From contig JBJCIZ010000352.1 in assembly GCA_051294375.1 (NCBI GenBank), positions 1 through 6,331 of the forward strand: 6,331 bases of DNA, written 5' to 3'. Origin of the DNA: Paraspadella gotoi (lineage: Eukaryota > Animalia > Chaetognatha). How positions within the stretch are numbered: the stretch's first letter is position 1; each line of letters begins with the position of its first letter. The notes under the pieces were generated by a model. That model was given only the letters and a program-made list of their open reading frames with translations, was not told the origin of the DNA and did not search any database. Shown here piece after piece: positions 1 to 6,331 of the stretch. The translations under genes and the position numbers were made by a program.

Positions 1-310
1 ACGATCAAGCCAGCGGGCTTTTTTAAGATGATCCAGCTGGTGAGTTGAGCTTTATTAAAATTTTATGATCAAGCCAGCGGGCTTTTTTAAGATTAATGAT
101 CCAGCTGGCGAGCTGAGCTTTTTTAAGATTTATGATCCAGCTGGCGAGCTGAGCTTTTTTAAGATTAATGATCCAGCTTTCGAGCTGAGCTTTTTTAAGA
201 TTAATGATCCAGCACTGGCAGAGACTGCCAGCTTTTTAAGATTTTCGATCCGCAGCTGACGAGCTGAGCTTTATTAACAATTTTAACGAATCAAGCGGAG
301 CGGGCTTCTA
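1..310. repeat. Tandem minisatellite, ~9 units of two related types (36-bp ATGATCCAGCTGGCGAGCTGAGCTTTTTTAAGATTA and ~30-bp ATGATCAAGCCAGCGGGCTTTTTTAAGATTA); may continue left of the window
   Basis: Unit starts are visible at ~1, 28, 65, 97, 133, 168, 204, 246 and 288. The 36-bp period produces the 12-aa repeat (INDPAGELSFFK) in ORF 65..259. Confidence 0.93.
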
Positions 311-837
311 CTTCATAAATATAAGATTTGTATCCCAGACCGTCGGGCGACCTCTGATTGTTTAGATATTGTGTGTTTTTTGCGATTTTTCTTTAGCATT
401 GGATGGCAGTGCGGCAAATACACAAATGTTAACGCATATGTACTGCGGAAGTTAACATGAAATTATATTACTAGGACTTATGAGAAGGTAATACTGTACT
501 GATTTGTGAAACTCAGCTCCATTCGTCGGTACAGGCAAGTAGGCGAATTTGTGAGTTATGGTGTCTAGGCATTGTGACGATTGGTTCTCAAAGTTTTTGT
601 AGACTTTATAAATCGGTCGGCGACTCTAAACATTGCTGATCCCAGAATAACTATGTTTCCCGGGATATTTCGTCTAGTGATTTCTAATTATGAATTTGAA
701 TACCGGATGTGACTTGTTGGTATAACTTTTCCAGTTCCAAAGACTAACAATCTTGGCTATTTTCGGTTCCCCAGCAGACTAACAACTGCATTGGCTCAAT
801 TATGCTCGGAGTCTTACATGTGAATAGACTCCATTTG

Positions 838-1010
838 TAAGTTCAACAGGCGAGACATTACCCTGATGGAACTTAAAGAACCATCATTTCTTTCTCTCGG
901 ATAGTCATAGCCAGCGGGGATAATCTGCTCGATGTACTTATTATTTTTTTTATCTCGATATGTGCAACACAGGGCAGATAAACCCTGATGTGACCTTATT
1001 TATATTTTTT
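838..1010 (+). repeat. Left piece of the ~55-58-bp hairpin/T-tract tandem array (about 3 degenerate units)
   Basis: 952-1010 reads ATCTCGATA...CAGGGCAGATAAACCCTGATGTGACCTTATTT, the same unit and orientation as 4081-4951. More degenerate units start at ~838 and ~893. Confidence 0.85.
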
Positions 1011-1181
1011 AGTCAGGATCTGCATTATCAAGACAGATCCCGACTCCTATAAACTACAGCTTCTTTAATAACTCCGATTTTTCGTCTCTCGGTCCGCCCG
1101 ACTCAATAATGTCGGGCACCACTTATAATCATCAGTCAGGAACATCGAATTATGAATGAAATTACTGGCAAAAAAAATAGA

Positions 1182-1244
1182 TGTCCGATTCCGTCCGTCT
1201 GTCTGTCCGTTCCACCCGTCGTCGACCGTCGTCCGCTCCGTCCC
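1182..1244. repeat. Degenerate (GTCC/GTCT)n microsatellite
   Basis: The sequence reads TGTCCGATTCCGTCCGTCTGTCTGTCCGTTCCACCCGTC...; a shorter related run TCCGTCCATCCGTCCA lies at 1722-1737. Confidence 0.8.
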
Positions 1245-2130
1245 ACCTTAAGCAAACACCATTACTCGCTGTTGGATGGATGGCATTTAAAATGAAATTT
1301 TGTGTGGTGGATACCGCAGTACATGATGCATGGATTGAGCTGATATTAACAGGTTCGATGGAATCGTCCGAGTGGAAATGGAGTTTAAATGGAAAACAAA
1401 CAAAAAAATATACTTCACCACTATTTTGAACAACCAATCTGCTCATGAGCTGGATGGGCTGATACTGACCTGGAATTATTGTATGTCGGGTAGGAAAGTG
1501 TGTGATTGAAACAGGACAATCAAGTATCGATGGAAATAGTTCTGCAGTGGAAATGAGTTAAATGGAAAAAGCAAAAAAAACCTCGTTTTACTTAATTGAT
1601 TATGCCTTCTTTTTCCTTTTATATTAACATGTTCTGCAGGATGTATTTATATCGTAAATAATTAATCAGTTAAATTATCAATTAGTAAATAATTAATCAA
1701 TAATTAATAATTAGTCATCAATCCGTCCATCCGTCCATCTTAGCAAAAAGCTCCATATACACATCGTGAATTGGCTGGTTGGATTTTGGAATTACATATT
1801 TTTGTGTGTGGCTAGGAGTGGTTGTGCAATAAAAGCATGGAATACTACAACATTTCGAGAATCGTGTGAGTGGAAATTAAGCTTCTAAATGAAAAAAAAC
1901 ATAAGTTCGAATATATACTAATCTTTTTACACGTTATTTATCTATAACCAATAAATACTTCCCCAATTAATCATAAATCTCGGAATGGATAGATTGAGTT
2001 GAAAAATTTTGATGTGTGGGTAACGGAAACATCGTATTGACGAAGCTTGATATAAAAGTTTCAGTGGAAAACGTACCCCAGTTGGACAACTGAAGTTTAA
2101 ATGAAAAAATATGAGTCACATTTACTTGAA
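1237..2130 (+). repeat. Four diverged copies of a ~150-200-bp unit, arranged as two dimers about 500 bp apart
   Basis: A shared motif AGTGGAAAT..AGTTTAAATG(G)AAAA occurs at ~1371, 1546, 1869 and 2080, each preceded by a GGATGG..AATTTTGTGTG-like segment. The leader TCCGTCC(C)A.CTTA(A)GCAAA occurs at 1237 and 1730. Confidence 0.7.
1655..1715. repeat. AT-rich degenerate (TAAT/AATT)n tract
   Basis: Directly visible low-complexity sequence, similar in composition to 3925-4038. Confidence 0.7.
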
Positions 2131-2335
2131 TCATTTTATTTATTTTAGGCCCATGATAGATTGCATGAATAAATTTTGTGAGCCGGTAGCAAAAAGTGAG
2201 TGAAGACAGCATAATATAAAGTTTTGAACGGAATGCAAGTTTGAAAAAATGAATGGGTCACAGTCGAAAAAATGATAGCAACGTTAAAAAAAATCTATAA
2301 CAAGGCATACAGGATCCCGTCCTATTGCATAAAAA

Positions 2336-2366
<31 letters not shown>

Positions 2367-2430
2367 GAGAGAGAGAGAGAGAGTGAGAGAGCAAAGAGAG
2401 AGGTGAGAGAGAGAGAGAGGGAGAAGGAGA
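2336..2430. repeat. (GA)n microsatellite block 1
   Basis: Directly visible. Confidence 0.95.
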
Positions 2431-2550
2431 CATAAATAAAAATCTTAAAAGACTCAAGATCCGAGCCACAGAGCCCACTATCCATAGAAACATTAAAATC
2501 GAAAAAAACCGGGAAAAAAACGATGAATCACTAGGCGATAAACGAATTGT

Positions 2551-2795
2551 CATTGATAGTACTAGTAAATTGATTGAGAGTAATACTCAATTGATATGAT
2601 GTAATAGTCAATTATTCTATTGATGTAACATAGGACATTGAGTTATTGCATATCGACTGATAATCCAATTATTCGATGCGATGATAGTCGCATTCACTGC
2701 TGTGATGCGATAGTCCATTCATGATGCATGATTGTCACTATCACTTGATTGCGATGATATGTCATCTCATATGAATGCCAGATGATAGTCCAATA
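2551..2795 (+). repeat. Degenerate ~22-30-bp minisatellite, approximate consensus TGATGCGATGATAGTCCATTCA
   Basis: GATGCGATGATAGTCGCATTCA (~2675), TGATGCGATAGTCCATTCA (~2703), TGATTGCGATGATATGTCA (~2746) and GATGATAGTCCAAT (~2781) recur, with more degenerate copies from ~2551. Confidence 0.7.
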
Positions 2796-2823
2796 AAAAC
2801 CAAACACTGCGTGTATGAAGTGA

Positions 2824-2852
2824 AAGAGACAGAGAGAGAGAGAGCAGAGAAG

Positions 2853-2886
<34 letters not shown>

Positions 2887-2952
2887 AGAGACAGAGAGAA
2901 GAAGAAAGAGAGGAGAGAGAGAGCAGAGAGAGAGAGAGAGAAAGAAAAGAGA
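2824..2952. repeat. (GA)n microsatellite block 2
   Basis: Directly visible; source of the spurious ER-rich and SL-rich ORFs. Confidence 0.95.
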
Positions 2953-3133
2953 ACTAAACTCCCACGAAAAACTCTCGGGATGAAAATATGGGATTTTGTA
3001 TTGAAACAAGCGCGGAATAATGACAATAATAAACAAAGTTTTTAGAAAGGAAAAAAAATAATCAGAATTTTTCAAAAACCAGAGACGATCACGCCAAAAC
3101 GATCGGACGATAGGGAACCACGACACACTTCAC

Positions 3134-3240
3134 GAGAGACAGAGAGACAGAGAAGAGAGAGAGAGAGAGACAGCCGCTGCAGAGAAAGAGAAAGAGAAAG
3201 AGACGATATATAATAATTAAAAGAGAGAGAGAGATGAGAA
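3134..3240. repeat. Interrupted (GA)n / GAAA microsatellite block 3
   Basis: Directly visible. Confidence 0.9.
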
Positions 3241-3424
3241 GCTCTACAAGCCGCCTTTAACATCGTTTAAAGACCATCAGCCAGTACTTAGGCGCCCGCA
3301 CGTAGCGTGAGCTATTCTCTACCCCAAAGGACCCGGGCTTCGCACGCCTGTTCGTGCGTCGTTTTTTTAACATTAGTGAACCCACATTATATCTAAAAAA
3401 TTTATCTTTAGTACAAAAAAAAAA

Positions 3425-3428
3425 GGAG

Positions 3429-3467
<39 letters not shown>

Positions 3468-3568
3468 CGAAGAGAGAGAGAAAGAAGCTGGACCATCGCT
3501 CGCAGAAGCCGGAACTCGTTCATTTTAAGAAGAAGCAGTGATGGAGAAAAAACGAGAGAGAGAGAGAG
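3425..3568. repeat. (GA)n microsatellite blocks 4 (3425-3485) and 5 (3554-3568)
   Basis: Directly visible. Confidence 0.9.
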
Positions 3569-3924
3569 CGACATACTAATTAAAACGTTTTGTTTTGTAA
3601 ATAAAACATCAACAAACTACCAATATTGATAATGCAAACACTGAGAACATTTTAAAGATGCTTGAATGATTAAAGAAGGCCATATAATGAAAATTCAAAC
3701 TCCCTATGATATCAGCACTTTCAGAAACGCCATGATTGCAAAAAGTCGGGAGAACGAAAGCTAAACCGAAAAAAAATCGAGACAAGGACCGGGCTTTGCC
3801 CGCCTGGCCGATAATAGAGGTAATAATTTGTATTGTTATTGATAAAACGTTTTGTTTAAAACCCAAAAACAAAATTTAATAACTGTCCTGACTCAATTTT
3901 AAGACAATCGATGATGAAAGGCTG

Positions 3925-4038
3925 AATAAAAATTATAAATTAATCTATTACATAATTAATTAAATTAATACTATCTAATTAATTATTTAATCTATAATTA
4001 TTAATTAATTAATACTAATCAATTAAATAATTAATTAT
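3925..4038. repeat. Nearly pure-AT degenerate (TAAT)n tract just before the putative 3' end of the HINE-like element
   Basis: The sequence reads AATTATAAATTAATCTATTACATAATTAATTAAATTAATAC... Confidence 0.8.
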
Positions 4039-4076
4039 CGTAGGCAGATCCGACATTAGATTCTGCTCAACTTGTC

Positions 4077-4951
4077 TTTTATCTCGATAGTCAACAGGGC
4101 AGATAAAACTCCCTGATGTGAACTTCATTAATTTTTTTTAATCTCGAATAGTCAACAGGGCGGATAAACCCTGCTGTGACATATATTATATTTTCTTTCT
4201 TGACTAGGATCAACAGCGGCGATAAACCCTGATCGTGACTTAATTATTTTTTTGTTTATCTCGACTAGTCAACAGGAGGCAGCATAAACCCTGATGTGAC
4301 TTAATTCAATCTTTTTTATCCTCGATAGCTCAACAGGAGCGGAATAAACCCAATGCTGTGACTTATTTATTTTCTTTCTTATAGTCAACCAGGGTGGATA
4401 AAATCCTGATGTCGACTTATTATTTTTTTAATCCTCCGATAGTACAAACAGGGCAGAACACGTAAACACCTGCTGTTGGACTCTATTTAATTTTATTATT
4501 CTCGACAAGTTGACATGGGGAAGGGCTTTAAAAACACCCTGAGTAAACTTTCTTTATTTTTTATTTATCATCGATAGTCAACAGGGCGGATAAACCCCTG
4601 CTGTGAACTTATTTATTTTTCTTTCTCGATAGTCAACAGGGCTATGATAAACCCGCTGTGACTTTATTATAAATTATTTTATTAATCTGCGACAGTTGAC
4701 AGGGCTTAAAAACCCTGATGTAACTTCTTTTTTTATCTCAATAATCAACAGGAGCCAGATAAACCCTGCTGTGACCTTATTAATTTTTTATTCTCTCGAT
4801 ACGTCCAACCAGCAGCGCGGATAAAACCCTGCTGTGACTTATAGTATTAATCTTGAAAAAGTTGACAGGCGTTTGTAAAAATCCTACGATGCGACTTATC
4901 TGCCATCGAAAGATTAACAGGGCTGAAAAGACGCCTGAATGAGACCTTATC
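4077..4951 (+). repeat. Tandem array of ~15 units of ~55-58 bp, consensus ATCTCGATAGTCAACAGGGC(A/G)GATAAACCCTG(A/C)TGTGACTTATTATTTTTTT; each unit is an imperfect hairpin followed by a T-tract
   Basis: Unit starts lie near 4081, 4141, 4200, 4258, 4318, 4378, 4431, 4498, 4568, 4623, 4685, 4735, 4793, 4850 and 4898. The stems are AGTCA/TGACT (outer) and CAGGG/CCCTG (inner). Confidence 0.95.
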
Positions 4952-4974
4952 TAAGAGGGGCCATCCATAACCCC

Positions 4975-5315
4975 AAATATTTTTTTGTAGTAATAATTGA
5001 CGACGTCGTCCATGCTATGTTCATCCTTCCTTGTCTTTTTTCGTCCCTCCTTCGCATCTTTCTTCTCTAAACCATCAACTGGTGAGCCGCCTGCCGTGAA
5101 GGTTTAAGTTAAAACTTAAACAGAAACCGTTATGAATAAAAAGCGTAAAATTGAATATTTGTTGATTGGATCTGCGACTGGCGCGCAGAAGGAACGAATC
5201 TTTTGTCGCGATTATTTGAAGTTTATCTGAGCTAAAACAATTTTTTTTTTTAAAAATCCGAAACAACCGAATGAATTCGCTTGTTACGGCGGTTCACGTT
5301 TAATTAAGTACTAAA
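4975..5315 (+). pseudogene. Frameshifted catalytic-core region of the Maverick/Polinton rve integrase (decay or sequencing error)
   Basis: Hand translation across frames gives KYFFVVIID (4975-5001; cf. KYILTVIDVFSK), KKRKIEYL then WICD...EGT (5138-5196; cf. KLWTDKGTEF) and ACY..SRLIK (~5279-5308; cf. ASIAERFIRTLK). These occur in the expected order upstream of ORF 5316. Confidence 0.55.
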
Positions 5316-6053
5316 TTGATGTACCATAGTTTTTTTTTTGAGCCCGCTTTTATTAATATTTTACAAGCGTGGTTACACTTAAATAGTTTAAGTCCCGTTT
5401 TAGAAGTCAGTCCCATGTTGTTTGAGGGATTGAAATTATTCTCACTAGCACATTTATTGTTACAATTAATGAAATTTATAGATTCTAGAACAGTATTTAT
5501 TTGCAAGTACAACGCCACCCCGACTCCAACTCTATTTAATTTGAGCCCGAACGAAATATATTTCTGCGACAGCAACATAGAATATGTAGATCGTCAATAC
5601 AAGAAGCGAGAGAGACTGAAGAGAGAGAAATACAAAAACAAAAAACTCAAGTTCGAGGTGGGGGATTTCGTCAGGGTAATCAAGGACGATCTGGGCAAGT
5701 TTTACTGCGGTTACTACCCGGCATTCAGTCCATCGATTCATAAAATAAGAGAGATCGTTTCCAGCGTTCCTCCAACGTACAAGGTGGAAGATAAGATGCG
5801 ATCTTATTACGAACAGGAACTCAGTTTGGTCTTAAAAGGAGATGATTTGGAACAACGAGGGATTCACTACTATCTCAAAGGAAAGAGAGTGGTCGGCGGA
5901 AAGACCCTAAGAAATAAATCGGTAATTGGCAAAGAAACGGAATATAATGTTAAATCGGTTTTGGAGCCAAACCTTTCCCTCTGGCTCAACGAAAAGGACT
6001 ACCAAAATTTAATCAAAAAACATGGAGTTCTCAGTGGAGGTGATATCCGATAG
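5316..6053 (+). CDS. Maverick/Polinton (adintovirus-type) retroviral-like integrase, C-terminal half with chromodomain-like tail; the true start lies upstream
   Basis: The motifs YNATP..L.NLSPNEI, KFEVGDFVRV...GKFYCGYYPAFS..IHKI.....PPTYKVED...YYEQEL match the Polinton integrase pattern YNNT.HRSI.M.P / KFKVGD.VRIS..K..F.KGY.PNWS.E.F.I....P.TY.L.D...FYE.EL. The tail YYL...EYNVKS..P....WL is chromodomain-like. Confidence 0.85.
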   Translation: MMYHSFFFEPAFINILQAWLHLNSLSPVLEVSPMLFEGLKLFSLAHLLLQLMKFIDSRTVFICKYNATPTPTLFNLSPNEIYFCDSNIEYVDRQYKKRERLKREKYKNKKLKFEVGDFVRVIKDDLGKFYCGYYPAFSPSIHKIREIVSSVPPTYKVEDKMRSYYEQELSLVLKGDDLEQRGIHYYLKGKRVVGGKTLRNKSVIGKETEYNVKSVLEPNLSLWLNEKDYQNLIKKHGVLSGGDIR

Positions 6054-6331
6054 TTGCACCGCCTTGTTCAAGGAGAATAAAGCATCGTCCTTCGTCAACC
6101 GACTCCCACACCCTTTGTACCTGGACGAACACTAATGGGTCGCTTTATCAGAGATTTCCTTCGTCAAAGAAATTCGGAACATGGACGTCATGAATTTCAA
6201 AATTTTTGATTTTTTGTTCGAGGACAAAAAAAATAGTCCGATTTTAGCGCCGCATATTAAGATGTCCGAAGAATGCGTTAATGAACCGGCTTTCGAGTCT
6301 CGGCCTCTTATCGTCTTTGCCGTAGAAACCG
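6022..6331 (+). CDS. Probable Polinton/adintovirus minor capsid (penton) protein, N-terminal part; one in-frame TAA at 6133-6135; runs off the window
   Basis: Hand translation: MEFSVEVISDSCTALFKENKASSFVNRLPHPLYLDEH*WVALSEISFVKEIRNMDVMNFKIFDFLFED... This resembles the Polinton penton N-terminus (F.VTL.SNSS...FP.N..S.F...LP.P..L...WEV.L.EI.Y). It overlaps the integrase 3' end by 32 nt and stays open after the single stop. Confidence 0.7.

Larger units (their letters stand above)
1011..4076 (+). mobile_element. Putative non-autonomous Helentron-associated (HINE/DINE-1-like) rolling-circle element, possibly composite or nested
   Basis: It starts after a T-run with inverted repeat AGTCAGGATCTG (1011-1022) / CAGATCCCGACT (1034-1045), 11 of 12 bases paired. 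A GTCY microsatellite (1182-1244) and internal tandem repeats follow. It ends with GCAGATCCGAC (4044-4054, inverted copy of the 5' arm with one gap), a short stem-loop (4044-4066), CTTGT (4071-4075) and a T-run. Removing it restores a normal unit junction of the flanking array. The architecture matches known DINE-1/HINE elements, but the family assignment is inference. Confidence 0.55.
4975..6331 (+). mobile_element. Maverick/Polinton endogenous viral element fragment (continues beyond the window)
   Basis: Adjacent, overlapping, intronless integrase and penton-like genes. No terminal inverted repeat or target-site duplication can be identified in the window. Confidence 0.8.

Noticed and set aside
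65-259. 64-aa repeat protein ORF
   Set aside because: It is a by-product of a repeat period divisible by 3, with no other coding evidence.
1-310. TIGR-like or box C/D guide-RNA array (36-nt period, ATGAT and CTGA motifs)
   Set aside because: There are no variable spacer segments, the box C match is incomplete, and no Nop-domain gene is present in the window.
1162-2212. Short ORFs 1162-1446, 1181-1429 and 1967-2212
   Set aside because: They lie in microsatellite and internal repeats, and the frames are not conserved between repeat copies.
3341-3368. Rho-independent terminator (CGCACG/CGTGCG hairpin plus T-run)
   Set aside because: The hairpin is real, but the context is eukaryotic and there is no upstream gene to terminate.
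2336-3568. (GA)n tracts as the Maverick 5'-AG terminus
   Set aside because: They lie inside the apparent insertion, there are five of them, and no partner TIR or 6-bp TSD can be seen.
2258-3629. ER-rich and SL-rich ORFs on both strands
   Set aside because: They are translations of (GA)n/(TC)n microsatellites.
4077-4951. CRISPR array (palindromic repeats at regular spacing)
   Set aside because: The sequence between hairpins is a conserved T-tract plus ATCTCG, not unique spacers. There are no cas genes and the context is eukaryotic.
4081-4951. Tandem minimal hammerhead ribozymes (CTGATG...CTCGATAGTC)
   Set aside because: The core is CUGAUGU or CUGCUGU rather than CUGANGA, it has GAUA rather than GAAA, and stem I cannot form in the required register.
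5075-5741. Minus-strand ORFs 5075-5266, 5300-5578 and 5532-5741
   Set aside because: They are antisense shadows of the integrase with no recognisable motifs.

Overview
This is a repeat-rich, eukaryote-type window that looks like a noisy single long read or an unpolished assembly: repeat copies differ mainly by scattered indels. The right end (~4975-6331, + strand) is a Maverick/Polinton (adintovirus-like) fragment. It has a retroviral-like (rve) integrase with a frameshifted catalytic core, an intact C-terminal half and a chromodomain-like tail. An overlapping ORF missed by the ORF track follows (ATG 6022, one internal TAA) and resembles the Polinton minor capsid (penton) protein. The rest is non-coding. 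It holds a 30/36-bp hairpin minisatellite (1-310) and a ~55-58-bp hairpin + T-tract tandem array in two same-orientation pieces (~838-1010 and ~4077-4951). Between those pieces lies a ~3.07-kb segment with the architecture of a non-autonomous Helentron (HINE/DINE-1-like) element: 5' hairpin, GTCY microsatellite, internal tandem repeats, (GA)n blocks, and a 3' subTIR + stem-loop + CTTGT. It appears to have inserted into a T-tract of the array. Both hairpin arrays show apparent compensatory base changes in their stems, and the larger one has a 3-unit higher-order pattern. All family calls come from motif recognition by eye; no searches were run.
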